Source: an uncultured virus (IMG/VR IMGVR_UViG_3300021375_000010) (lineage: Duplodnaviria; Heunggongvirae; Uroviricota; Caudoviricetes). From it: 64,000 bases of DNA. The stretch lies in IMG/VR virus record IMGVR_UViG_3300021375_000010; one strand, written 5' to 3'. This document shows, piece after piece, positions 1 through 9,631 of this stretch; positions within the stretch are counted from its first letter, which is position 1; every line of letters starts with the position of its first letter. The position numbers and the translations under genes are program-made. Under the pieces are notes generated by a model. That model saw only the letters and a program-made list of their open reading frames with translations, searched no databases and was not told where the DNA came from.

Positions 1-51
1 CGACATCAAGTGACCCCATTTCTTCAAAAGAGCTCGGTTCTCGAACATTAA

Positions 52-100
52 TGCAATGCTCATTAGAGGTTGCACATTATAAACTTGCTTAATAAAGGAG
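52..100 (+). promoter_or_regulatory. ROSE-like RNA thermometer in hsp20 leader
   Basis: CUUGCUU(84-90)/AAGGAG(95-100) hairpin sequesters the SD with a bulged G, matching the ROSE U(U/C)GCU signature; a second G-bulged hairpin lies at 52-74. Confidence 0.6.
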
Positions 101-106
101 AAAACT

Positions 107-547
107 ATGACAAGTAAACAACTCGGAGACTTCGATGTCTTCAATTTCGGGAAAACCTTCCCATTCGCAATTGGGTTCGACAGAACTCTTCAACTACTAA
201 ACAACGCTGACGTTACACAAGGCAGCACAAACTATCCACCTTACAATATTGTAAAACACGATGCAGAAAATTTCAGTATCGAACTTGCAGTAGCTGGATT
301 TAGTAAAGACCAAATAAGTATCACAAAAGAGAAAGCGGTTCTTGCTATTGAAGGTAAGTCAGACAAGGGTGAGGATGAGATGGTTTACATTCACAAAGGA
401 CTTGCATCTAGAAACTTTAAAAGAACGTTCACTTTGGCAGACGACATCAAAGTTGAATCTTCTGAGATGATAGATGGCATTCTATATGTATATCTTGCTA
501 GGGAAATCCCCGAAGAAGATAAACCACAAACTATAGAAATATCCTAA
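107..547 (+). CDS. hsp20: Small heat shock protein (Hsp20/IbpA family)
   Basis: NYPPYNI, IELAVAGF, YIHKGLASRNFKRTFTL, DGILY motifs; AGGAG RBS. Confidence 0.95.
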   Translation: MTSKQLGDFDVFNFGKTFPFAIGFDRTLQLLNNADVTQGSTNYPPYNIVKHDAENFSIELAVAGFSKDQISITKEKAVLAIEGKSDKGEDEMVYIHKGLASRNFKRTFTLADDIKVESSEMIDGILYVYLAREIPEEDKPQTIEIS

Positions 548-630
548 AAACCCTCTTTACGATACGCCCTTTATATTGTATACTGGGTGTATCTTCTATA
601 TTATGTAGAAGCGATATAAAGGAGAAAACT

Positions 631-1128
631 ATGTTAAATGTAGGTGATAAAATCCCTCAAGTGAATCTTCCGATTCAAGTCGATGGTGAATTCAGAACTT
701 TGGATACACTTAAACAACTAGAGGGCAAAAGAGTAATTCTTTTTGCATTGCCGGGCGCATTTACTCCAACATGTTCTAACCAACAACTGCCAGGATTTGA
801 TTCCATGTTTGAACAGTTTGATGAGAAGGGCATTGAAGAGATTTATTGTTTGTCTGTTAACGACACTTTTGTTATGAACAGTTGGTTCGAAGCACAAGAC
901 GTACAGAGAGTTTATCCACTGCCTGATGGTAATGGTGAATTCACACAAGCAATGGGTGCCTCAGTGGAAAAAGGAAACGTAGGATTCGGTATCAGAAGTT
1001 GGAGATACGCCATGGTTGTAAACGATGGTGTTATTGAACAAATGTTTACCGAAGAAGGTCAAGATGATAACATCAACAACGACCCTTACGAAATATCAAC
1101 TCCCGAGAACGTATTAGAGAATCTTTAA
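631..1128 (+). CDS. Peroxiredoxin (Prx5-like)
   Basis: FALPGAFTPTCS active site, SVNDTFVM, RSWRYAMVV. Confidence 0.93.
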   Translation: MLNVGDKIPQVNLPIQVDGEFRTLDTLKQLEGKRVILFALPGAFTPTCSNQQLPGFDSMFEQFDEKGIEEIYCLSVNDTFVMNSWFEAQDVQRVYPLPDGNGEFTQAMGASVEKGNVGFGIRSWRYAMVVNDGVIEQMFTEEGQDDNINNDPYEISTPENVLENL

Positions 1129-1129
1129 T

Positions 1130-2242
1130 ATGGAACTGAGCAGGGAAGATACCATATGGGTAGCGAGCAAGCTCGTTAACTATTTTGCAGACTTCGGTAG
1201 AATTGACGATTATTTTCGTGCAAGGAAAATCGAACGAGTAAAGGACTTACCTGCTCCGTTGTTCGGATTCGGTCTTGAGGATGACATGTTTCAAAACTAT
1301 GACATGCATCCTCGGGACATGAATTTTGAGGTTACAACAATACCAAATGAAACATTTGATGCGATGTTAGAAAAGACTGCATCATTCTCGCCTGATGAAT
1401 CGCCAGGCAAAACTATGAAACTCGTAGTTAAAGAGACCAATACGAACACTGTAGTGGGATTCATAAGATATGGTTCACCACTAATCAATTCAAAACCAAG
1501 AAACGATTACCTTGGTTCTACACCCGACTTAGATATATTCAACAAACGTGCAATCATGGGATTCAACATTGTCCCTATACAACCATTTGGATATAATTAT
1601 CTTGGTGGTAAACTTCTTGCCGCTATCTGTTGTTCACACGAAACACGTAGAATGTTGAACGCTAAATATAACACAGAGTTCTGTTTATTTGAAACAACAT
1701 CTTTATATGGTAACATCAAAGGTGCAAGTATGTACGATGGTATGAGACCATTCTTAAGATACAAGGGCGACACACAGAGTAAGTTTCTACTTACACTAGG
1801 TGAAGAACTATACTTTGAACTAAGAGATTGGTTCACTGATAGAAACGATGGAGAAGACTTGATACACAAAGGTGCTTCATCTCGTAAACTAAAAATGCAG
1901 ACCAAGATGGTTAGTCTAGTAAAACAGAATTTAAAGAAACATGACTCCATAGGATATGAACACTTCTGTAAAGCAATTGAAAATGCAAGTGGTGTAACTA
2001 CACAGAAAAGATTCTACATGTCAGAATGGGGATACACTAATACAAAAGATGTGTTGCTTGGTAAGACTGATAAACTAATCAAAGCAGAAAACTTTGATAG
2101 ATTTGAGATGGATGGTATCCTCGCATGGTGGACAAAACATGCTAGTAAAAGATTTGATAATGTTATCAAACAAGGAAGAAAACGCACAGAGTTAGAAGTG
2201 TGGAATCAAAACACTATGAACAAAATAGATATTATAAGATGA
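1130..2242 (+). CDS. DUF4338/DruA-like protein, possibly Mom-like GNAT fold
   Basis: VGFIRYGSP, PFGYNYLGGKLLA and ETTSLYG motifs recalled from DUF4338 proteins; family assignment from memory. Confidence 0.55.
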   Translation: MELSREDTIWVASKLVNYFADFGRIDDYFRARKIERVKDLPAPLFGFGLEDDMFQNYDMHPRDMNFEVTTIPNETFDAMLEKTASFSPDESPGKTMKLVVKETNTNTVVGFIRYGSPLINSKPRNDYLGSTPDLDIFNKRAIMGFNIVPIQPFGYNYLGGKLLAAICCSHETRRMLNAKYNTEFCLFETTSLYGNIKGASMYDGMRPFLRYKGDTQSKFLLTLGEELYFELRDWFTDRNDGEDLIHKGASSRKLKMQTKMVSLVKQNLKKHDSIGYEHFCKAIENASGVTTQKRFYMSEWGYTNTKDVLLGKTDKLIKAENFDRFEMDGILAWWTKHASKRFDNVIKQGRKRTELEVWNQNTMNKIDIIR

Positions 2243-2631
2243 GAATAGGATTCACATGTGGTGCATTTGACCTTCTTCATGCTGGTCATATTGTAATGTT
2301 AAAGGAAGCATCTGAGAACTGTGACCACTTAATTGTGGGATTACAAACAGACCCTTCAATCGACAGACAAGAAAAGAATCAACCATGTCAATCAGTATAT
2401 GAAAGGTATATACAACTAAGAGCAGTCAAATACGTAGATGAAATTCTACCATATGACACCGAACAGAGTCTGTTAGACTTGATGCAGTCTACAGAGATTC
2501 ATTTGAGGTTCGTAGGAGAAGACTACATAGGTGGAGATTTCACTGGAAAAGGAATGCATGAAATATATTATACAGATAGACAACATTCATTTTCCACAAC
2601 CAATTTAAGGAACAAAGCGGGACTAGTATAA
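2239..2631 (+). CDS. Cytidylyltransferase (TagD/glycerol-3-phosphate CT-like)
   Basis: GAFDLLHAGH (HxGH), VGLQTDPS, RQHSFSTT; ATGA overlap with upstream stop gives start 2239. Confidence 0.9.
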   Translation: MRIGFTCGAFDLLHAGHIVMLKEASENCDHLIVGLQTDPSIDRQEKNQPCQSVYERYIQLRAVKYVDEILPYDTEQSLLDLMQSTEIHLRFVGEDYIGGDFTGKGMHEIYYTDRQHSFSTTNLRNKAGLV

Positions 2632-2691
2632 CGGTCATTACGAGGGGTTACCAACTCTTAGATAACAGTTCGATTCTGTTGTCCCGCTCCA
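2617..2691 (+). tRNA. tRNA-Gly, anticodon ACC
   Basis: GCGGGAC/GTCCCGC acceptor, U73 + CCA, D-loop GG, AGGGG-TTACCAA-CTCTT anticodon arm (ACC at 2650-2652), AACAG-TTCGATT-CTGTT T arm. Confidence 0.88.
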
Positions 2692-2698
2692 ATATATT

Positions 2699-4027
2699 AT
2701 GCTAGATAATTTTTATACAGAAAAGACATATCAAAAGACAATTAGGATATTAGTTTATCCTAATATCACATGGCAGAAGAATTTAGAACAAGATTCTTAT
2801 GTACAAGTGTTAAAGAATATGATTCGTGAAACACAAAACGAACCGTTCTACTGGCATATCATATCACCAACCCATATCGATGGATTGACATTCGATAATA
2901 CGGAACAGTATTTACTACCAGTTCCTACATATCCACCAGTAATGAGAGCACACTTTGATGTGGAATCAGTGAGGAGACTAGTGGGTCATGATAAAGATTT
3001 TGATATCATCATGTCACACTTGCCAGAACATACTCACCAGTTAGTAAATACAATTTACAACATGACACACCACACACCAAAGGTTATTGGTTACTCACAT
3101 TGGTTTGACTTTGACCATATCGTTGCATGGCACAAAGGTACATTCAATCAGAATGCTACTGGTCTATTAGAGTACGATAGATGTTATATCAATACACAAT
3201 GTCAGAAAGATATGGTATTGAATCAAGCAAGAGATACGTTCAATGAGAATACTGTATCTAAACTAGACAACATTCTAAAAGTTCAACACTTGGGTGTACA
3301 CTTAGATGATATTGTTAGTGTGAATAACACCCCAACAAGAACTATAGTATTCAATCATAGATGCGAAAAGTACAAACACTTTGATGAGTTTATTGCTTTG
3401 ATGGATGCATTGTGGGAACAGAGGCAAGACTTTAGTGTTTGGGCACCATTGTTTGATGGTAGTTTCAGTAAACCATATCTATCAAATGAAAAGTTTGATA
3501 AGAAAGGATATTACAAAAAACTAAATGAGTGTTACATGGGATTTGCACCTAAACAAAAGTATGGTGGTTGGAGTGTTGCTGCTACAGATGGAATGATGAA
3601 TGGATGTCCATACATATTCTATGAGGGTGACTACTATCACGAATTACAGGATAACGCTGACTTCTTTACTACAGATGAGGAATCGCTCAAACTAATCAAT
3701 GAGTATCTAGACGATATCGATTTAAGAAATGATAAAGCAACTCAAGCACAAGATTGGTTGAGAACGCATCTACTATACAGTGCAGAGATGGATAAGATGT
3801 GTGATGAAATTAAATCACTTCTATCAAAAGCAGTATGTTCACCTAAAGTAGATGAACTTGTGGAGTATGTAAAGGAACATAAATCAGTAACTAAGAAAGA
3901 ATTATTTGATACTATGGGATGGGGAAGAGGAATTAAATGGACACCTTACAGACGTGCCTTGATGACACACCCAAACATATATGACACTACCAGTAGTGAA
4001 TCCACATACAATTGGAGAGAGGAATGA
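2699..4027 (+). CDS. Glycosyltransferase (GT-B, GT4-like)
   Basis: IVFNHR...K, YGGWSVAATDGMMNGCP resembles the GT-B C-terminal sugar-nucleotide motif. Confidence 0.65.
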   Translation: MLDNFYTEKTYQKTIRILVYPNITWQKNLEQDSYVQVLKNMIRETQNEPFYWHIISPTHIDGLTFDNTEQYLLPVPTYPPVMRAHFDVESVRRLVGHDKDFDIIMSHLPEHTHQLVNTIYNMTHHTPKVIGYSHWFDFDHIVAWHKGTFNQNATGLLEYDRCYINTQCQKDMVLNQARDTFNENTVSKLDNILKVQHLGVHLDDIVSVNNTPTRTIVFNHRCEKYKHFDEFIALMDALWEQRQDFSVWAPLFDGSFSKPYLSNEKFDKKGYYKKLNECYMGFAPKQKYGGWSVAATDGMMNGCPYIFYEGDYYHELQDNADFFTTDEESLKLINEYLDDIDLRNDKATQAQDWLRTHLLYSAEMDKMCDEIKSLLSKAVCSPKVDELVEYVKEHKSVTKKELFDTMGWGRGIKWTPYRRALMTHPNIYDTTSSESTYNWREE

Positions 4028-4341
4028 GTCAACCATTATTTGACAATGATGTTTATTGTGTAGTAGACAATGAAAAGGCAGAATTAGCAGGTATCAAAAT
4101 TCTACATGGAGAATATGAAGGGACGATATATTCGTATGGTAAGGTTGAATTTGAAGATGGCAAACCTAACATAAATTTCGAAAGAACATTTCACGTAGTC
4201 CCCGAAGGTAAAACTTTAGATGAACTAAATACCAACGAAGAATTAAATAAATTGATAGGTGATATCCTTGTGGAACTCATCTCTCATCAAATATCAAAGG
4301 AAGAAAATAATGAACAAAGAAGTATTGAAGGAGCAGATTAA
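4024..4341 (+). CDS. Hypothetical protein (conserved T4-like type)
   Basis: ORF overlapping upstream stop (ATGA), GAGG RBS; IKIL.G.Y.G.IYSYGKV pattern. Confidence 0.6.
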   Translation: MSQPLFDNDVYCVVDNEKAELAGIKILHGEYEGTIYSYGKVEFEDGKPNINFERTFHVVPEGKTLDELNTNEELNKLIGDILVELISHQISKEENNEQRSIEGAD

Positions 4342-4768
4342 GAGACACGAAGGAGAAGTCCTTGAAGTGTACGCTGATTCACTAGGATATTTAACACTAG
4401 GTGTTGGACATCTAATTAAAGAAGGTGATGCAGAACATGGACAACCTGCTGGAACTCCAGTGAGTCAAGAAACTGTTGATGCATACTATGAAGCAGACTT
4501 TGACAAACACGTAGAAGAAACTATCCATGTGTTTGAGTCAAAAGGTGGAGAAGATTTCTATGCACTACCCGAAGACATTCAACACGTTCTAGTTAACATG
4601 ACATTCAACTTAGGTGGAACAAGATTCGGTAAGTTCAATAACATGTGGAAAGGTGTTGTTGCTTGTGACTGGGAAAAGGTTGCAGTCGAAATGGAAGACT
4701 CTAGATGGTTCGGACAAGTTGGAAGAAGGTCAGTAGAACTCCAACAAATGGTTCGAAACTGTGACTAA
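4310..4768 (+). CDS. Phage lysozyme (T4 e/gp5-like, GH24)
   Basis: HEG..LEVYADSLGYLTLGVGHL catalytic motif, NMTFNLG, MEDSRWFGQVGRR. Confidence 0.9.
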   Translation: MNKEVLKEQIKRHEGEVLEVYADSLGYLTLGVGHLIKEGDAEHGQPAGTPVSQETVDAYYEADFDKHVEETIHVFESKGGEDFYALPEDIQHVLVNMTFNLGGTRFGKFNNMWKGVVACDWEKVAVEMEDSRWFGQVGRRSVELQQMVRNCD

Positions 4769-5042
4769 AGAAATCCTTGCAGTAAAATTAATCGGTGGTG
4801 AAGTTGTCATTGGATATGTCACTAAGAACCGATGGAAAAAGGAAATAGTTATACAAGAGGCACAAGAGTGTCTCATTACGTATGCTGAAGGTAGAGCAGA
4901 GGTAGAACTCGCACCTTGGAATCCATATGCTATGGACTATACGTTTAAGGTACCATTTCATGCTGTAGTTACTACATTCAAAGTGAGACCAAATTTAGAA
5001 ATTAACTACAAGAAAAGTACAGGTAATATTAAGGAAAAATAA
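4761..5042 (+). CDS. Hypothetical protein (Sm-like beta fold)
   Basis: VKLIGGEVVIG...LAPW pattern common in T4-like phages; GTG start. Confidence 0.55.
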   Translation: MTKEILAVKLIGGEVVIGYVTKNRWKKEIVIQEAQECLITYAEGRAEVELAPWNPYAMDYTFKVPFHAVVTTFKVRPNLEINYKKSTGNIKEK

Positions 5043-5263
5043 TGACAGATTTATTAAGAGCATTAGAAAAGAAACTAGAGGGTGATGTTGCAGTTCACAC
5101 TGCAAATGCTATGGTATACCAATCAAACCCAACAGGGATTGGTGAACACCCCGATATCGTTCAAGCATTAGAAATGGAAGTTGAAAAACTTGCTGATGCA
5201 CAGGACAAACTCAAATCGGTAAAAGAACTTCTACACCCATCTAAAAAGACCCTTGTAGAATAG
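5042..5263 (+). CDS. Hypothetical protein
   Basis: Coupled ORF with NPTGIGEHPDI motif. Confidence 0.65.
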   Translation: MTDLLRALEKKLEGDVAVHTANAMVYQSNPTGIGEHPDIVQALEMEVEKLADAQDKLKSVKELLHPSKKTLVE

Positions 5264-5281
5264 ACATCTTTCTGTTATAAT
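5253..5281 (+). promoter_or_regulatory. Sigma70-type promoter for gp43 (leaderless)
   Basis: TTGTAG-17-TATAAT, ATG 6 nt after the -10 box, no SD. Confidence 0.55.
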
Positions 5282-5287
5282 AACCAC

Positions 5288-7795
5288 ATGGATTATTATA
5301 CAAACGTATGTCGTACACGTGACAAGATTCTCGTTCGAGGATATCAAGGTAACAAACAAGTCAAGCACAAGATTGACTACAGACCCAAACACTACATTCC
5401 ATCTAAGAAAGGCGAGACACCGTTTCGTTCACTAGATGACAGACCACTTGAAGTTGTAGAACTCAACTCAATGGGTGGTGCAAGAAAGTTCCGTGAGAAA
5501 TATGATGGGACTGCTGGATTTGAAATCCATGGATATGACAGATATATCTACACATATATCGCAGAGAAATTCCATGGAGACATAGAGTTCAATTCAAAGA
5601 ACATCAAAGCAGCGGTACTTGATATTGAGTGTGAGTGTGAAGACGGATTCCCCGAACCAAGATATGCCCAAGAAAAGATAAACGCAATTACAATCAAACC
5701 GATTGGTAAACCAGCACATGTATTTGGAATAGGTGACTGGAATCACGGTAAAGATTATGTGTATTATCCTTGTAGAGATGAAGCACATCTCATGACTGAG
5801 TTCATGAAGTATTGGAGAACAGAAAACTTTGATATTATCACAGGTTGGAATGTAAACTCATTCGATATTACATATATTTGTAACAGAATTGATAGACTCT
5901 TCGGCGAAGGAGAACACAAGAAGTTATCTCCATGGGGTATGAGTGATGTGAGAGAGTTCACCACCATGGGTTATCAAAAACAAATGATTTTTACACTCTA
6001 TGGTGTTAATGTTCTTGACTATCTCGAACTATATCGTAAACACACATTCGTCAATCAAGCATCATACAAACTAGACCATATTGCTGAGGTAGAACTAGGT
6101 AAGAAGAAACTAGACTATTCAGAACATGGGTCATTACATACACTATACAAACAGGACTATCCAAAGTTCTTGGAGTATAATGTGATGGACGTTCTTCTCG
6201 TTGAAGAACTAGATGACAAACTTGGATTCATCGAACTTACAGAGACGATGGCATACAATGCTAAGTGCAATTATGCAGATGTATTTGGTATGGTTAAGTA
6301 TTGGGAAACAATCATATACAACTTCTTAAAAGAACAGAAGATACAAACACCACCACAACAATTGAGAAGAAATGGTGACAAAATCAAGCCGATCGCTGGT
6401 GCATATGTAAAAGAACCACAGGTTGGTGGTCACAATTGGGTCATGTCTTTTGATTTAAATTCACTATATCCTCACTTGATTATGCAGTTTAACATTTCAC
6501 CCGAAAAGATGGTGAATGGTATGAGACAGGATGTTAACGTAGATAAAATGTTAAACAAAGAGTGTAACCTAAATGAAGTGTATAAATTAGGACACACTGT
6601 TACGCCAAACGGAGTAATGTTCAAGAGAGATAAACAAGGATTCCTTCCCGAACTTATGGAAAAGTTCTATGATGAACGTAAGGCATGGAAGAAGAAGATG
6701 ATTGGATATCAGAAAGAACTTGAAACTGTTTCTGATAATGTACAACGTAAAGAATTAGAAACAAAAATCAAACATGCATACAACAATCAACAGGTCAGAA
6801 AGATTGCACTCAACTCTGCTTATGGTGCTCTTGCTAATCAATACTTTGCATTCTTTTCTATCGACCTCGCAGAGGCGATTACTATGTCGGGTCAGTTGGC
6901 CATCAAATGGGCAGAGAAAACCATCAACGATTATCTAAACGAAGTTTTAAAGACTAAAAAAGATTATGTTATCGCAATGGATACAGACTCGGTCTATATC
7001 ACAATGGATGCATTGGTACAACAAGTACTACCCGATGCATCTAAAGAAGAGGTTGTTGATTTTTTATGTAAAGCTGAAGTTCAACTAGAGAATATCCTAG
7101 AAAAGGGATTCATTGACTTTGCAAAATACACGAATGCATTCCAACAGAAGATGGAGATGGGACGTGAGGCGATTGCAGACAGAGGTATATGGACTGCTAA
7201 GAAACGCTACATACTTAACGTTCATGACATGGAAGGTGTGCGGTTTGCTAAACCTAAACTTAAACTCATGGGTATTGAGACTGCAAAGTCCAGTACACCA
7301 CAATGGGTAAGAACCCGTCTTGAAGAGGCGATTAAGATTGTCATGCAAGGTGATGAGGAACAATTATGGGATTACGTAGAAACTGCACGTAAGGAATTCA
7401 GAGAGTTACCACCCGAGAAAGTATCATTCCCTAGAGGTTGCAACAACCTTGCTCAATATAGTAACATGAACACTGTTTACACTAAGGGAACACCAATACA
7501 TGTCCGTGGTGCTTTACTATTCAATCACCACCTAAAGAATAAGAATTTAGATAGACGCTACGAGACAATCAAGGAAGGTGACAAGATTCTTTTCTCATAT
7601 CTTACACTACCAAATGTGTTTAATGAGAATGTGATATCTTATGTTGGTACACTTCCAAAAGAGTTTGACTTACACAGGTTCATAGACTATGACATGCAGT
7701 TCAACAAATCATTCTTAGAACCTCTAAGAAATATTGCAGAACGTATCGGATGGCATACAGAACCTGTTGCATCTTTGGATAGTTTCTTTTCATGA
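5288..7795 (+). CDS. 43: Family B DNA polymerase (gp43)
   Basis: DIE exonuclease, SFDLNSLYPH, KIALNSAYG, DTDS, KKRY motifs; uninterrupted. Confidence 0.98.
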   Translation: MDYYTNVCRTRDKILVRGYQGNKQVKHKIDYRPKHYIPSKKGETPFRSLDDRPLEVVELNSMGGARKFREKYDGTAGFEIHGYDRYIYTYIAEKFHGDIEFNSKNIKAAVLDIECECEDGFPEPRYAQEKINAITIKPIGKPAHVFGIGDWNHGKDYVYYPCRDEAHLMTEFMKYWRTENFDIITGWNVNSFDITYICNRIDRLFGEGEHKKLSPWGMSDVREFTTMGYQKQMIFTLYGVNVLDYLELYRKHTFVNQASYKLDHIAEVELGKKKLDYSEHGSLHTLYKQDYPKFLEYNVMDVLLVEELDDKLGFIELTETMAYNAKCNYADVFGMVKYWETIIYNFLKEQKIQTPPQQLRRNGDKIKPIAGAYVKEPQVGGHNWVMSFDLNSLYPHLIMQFNISPEKMVNGMRQDVNVDKMLNKECNLNEVYKLGHTVTPNGVMFKRDKQGFLPELMEKFYDERKAWKKKMIGYQKELETVSDNVQRKELETKIKHAYNNQQVRKIALNSAYGALANQYFAFFSIDLAEAITMSGQLAIKWAEKTINDYLNEVLKTKKDYVIAMDTDSVYITMDALVQQVLPDASKEEVVDFLCKAEVQLENILEKGFIDFAKYTNAFQQKMEMGREAIADRGIWTAKKRYILNVHDMEGVRFAKPKLKLMGIETAKSSTPQWVRTRLEEAIKIVMQGDEEQLWDYVETARKEFRELPPEKVSFPRGCNNLAQYSNMNTVYTKGTPIHVRGALLFNHHLKNKNLDRRYETIKEGDKILFSYLTLPNVFNENVISYVGTLPKEFDLHRFIDYDMQFNKSFLEPLRNIAERIGWHTEPVASLDSFFS

Positions 7796-8469
7796 AAACC
7801 CATATCATAACAATAATGGACTTGTACGAGAGTGTGGAGTCTGCTATTACGTGTGCAAACACATGTGCATTACATGGTGTCACTGCACAACTCTTTCCTG
7901 CTACAACGCCAGACGATGACCCACATGAAATTATTGAAACAATACTTGGAAGAAAGATAAGCACAAATGTTTTACAAATGGAACCAAGACCCGAAAGAGT
8001 ATTATCATGTCTTGCATCTCAAATGAGATTGTGGAATTCGTGTGTTGAAGTCGATGAAGATTTTCTAATACTAGAACACGATGCAAGAATGATTACACCC
8101 TTGCCTGATATAGAAGTAGATGGGGTTATCAGTCTTGGTAAACCATCTTGGAACAAAGAATTGGCAGACAGTCTAGAGTGGGAAGATGGACTGAACGTCA
8201 TGACAAATACGAACAGACCATTTCTTGGTAACCATGCAATCATGATGAGTCCTACAGGTGCAAAACAAATACTAGATAAAATGAGAAACCCCGAATTTAG
8301 ATGGTTGCGCCCAGCAGATATGATGATGACACCTGCTATGATGGGAGAAGGATTGTTGAAAGAGTATTATCCATTTCCATTCGATGTACAGGAGACATTT
8401 ACAACTGTACAGAGTGGTAAAAGTATTGGTGTTAAAAATTATGTGCCAGTAGATTATAAGGTATTATGA
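7792..8469 (+). CDS. Glycosyltransferase family 25-like
   Basis: FPATTP, SCLASQMRLW, LILEHDA motif. Confidence 0.75.
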   Translation: MKTHIITIMDLYESVESAITCANTCALHGVTAQLFPATTPDDDPHEIIETILGRKISTNVLQMEPRPERVLSCLASQMRLWNSCVEVDEDFLILEHDARMITPLPDIEVDGVISLGKPSWNKELADSLEWEDGLNVMTNTNRPFLGNHAIMMSPTGAKQILDKMRNPEFRWLRPADMMMTPAMMGEGLLKEYYPFPFDVQETFTTVQSGKSIGVKNYVPVDYKVL

Positions 8470-9209
8470 AAAACTTTTTAAAGACATTTGTAATCACACT
8501 CAAAAACAATATACGTTCTATCGAATCTTCTAATAAAACTATATACAGTGCATTGAAACATGGAATGGTAGATGTGCAAAAGTTTACTGCAACGGAACCA
8601 TCCGATTGGAAGATAGTATTGAGTAATGGAAATAATACCACATTCAATGAGTATCCAAATCCCGATGCTGTTGGTGCTTGTTTTGCATCCCACTATAGAT
8701 TATGGAAACATTGTGTTCATCTCAACGAACCTATTCTTATTTTAGAACATGATGCTTTATTTGTGGATTCACTTCCTTCATTATCTCAAGAAGAATGGGA
8801 GTGTATTACTTTCGGCAGACCATCATATATTAAGATGTCAGAAGTCGACCATACTAGTATACCACAAAACGGGCTGAGTGAACTGAAAACTCCACATATG
8901 CTCGGACACCATGCATATGCATTAACACCCAAGTCTGCTAAAGAATTTATAAGAGATGTACAGAGTGGAGAAAGACCACTAGAACCAAATGATTTGTGGA
9001 TGACTAAAGAACACTACCCACACTTACTAGAGTATTACCCGTTCCCTATCATAGCAGACACAGAGTTCAGTACAGTACAGGGTGTCCCAACAAATGAAAG
9101 ATTAGTCTCAGAGTATAACAAACAACCGACCATGGAACAATTTAGATTTATAAAGAAATATTATCCACAGTGTTTTGACCGTCAATCTTTAGAATTTATA
9201 AAACCATAA
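8466..9209 (+). CDS. Glycosyltransferase family 25-like (paralog)
   Basis: ACFASHYRLW, ILILEHDA, GHHAYALTP; colinear with upstream gene (EYYPFP...FSTVQ). Confidence 0.8.
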   Translation: MKNFLKTFVITLKNNIRSIESSNKTIYSALKHGMVDVQKFTATEPSDWKIVLSNGNNTTFNEYPNPDAVGACFASHYRLWKHCVHLNEPILILEHDALFVDSLPSLSQEEWECITFGRPSYIKMSEVDHTSIPQNGLSELKTPHMLGHHAYALTPKSAKEFIRDVQSGERPLEPNDLWMTKEHYPHLLEYYPFPIIADTEFSTVQGVPTNERLVSEYNKQPTMEQFRFIKKYYPQCFDRQSLEFIKP

Positions 9210-9211
9210 AT

Positions 9212-9631
9212 ATGAACATGTATCAATATAATGTAAAAATTTCTAAAGTGGTAGACGGAGATACGGTGGACGTGGACATCGATTTAGGATTCAGTACGGT
9301 TCTTAAAAAACAAAGAGTACGTATGATGGGCATCGACACGCCTGAAAGCCGCACAAGAGATTTAGTAGAAAAAAAATTCGGAAAAGCTGCAAAAGCACAT
9401 CTGAAGGGTATATTAGATGCAAAACAAATTACCTTAGTGTCACATGACAAAGGAAAGTTCGGAAGAATTCTTGGAGAACTTTTTGTCAATGGTGAAGAAA
9501 TATCAGTGAATCAGAGAATGATTAACGACCACCATGCTGTGCCTTATACTGGGGATAATAAAGACTTAGTAGAGGACATGCATCTCAACAACCGAAAGGT
9601 TTTGTTGGAGAACGGCACAGTTGAACTATGA
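9212..9631 (+). CDS. Thermonuclease (SNase-like) family nuclease
   Basis: VVDGDTVDV, RVRMMGIDTPE, GKFGRILG. Confidence 0.88.
   Translation: MNMYQYNVKISKVVDGDTVDVDIDLGFSTVLKKQRVRMMGIDTPESRTRDLVEKKFGKAAKAHLKGILDAKQITLVSHDKGKFGRILGELFVNGEEISVNQRMINDHHAVPYTGDNKDLVEDMHLNNRKVLLENGTVEL

Noticed and set aside
1130..2242. Complete Druantia defence system
   Set aside because: Only a DruA/DUF4338-like gene; no DruE helicase or other partners
6388..6397. Cyanobacterial HIP1 (GCGATCGC) as explanation for the GATC motif
   Set aside because: The motif is GCGATCGG on one strand, asymmetric and longer than HIP1, and no cyanophage marker genes are in the window
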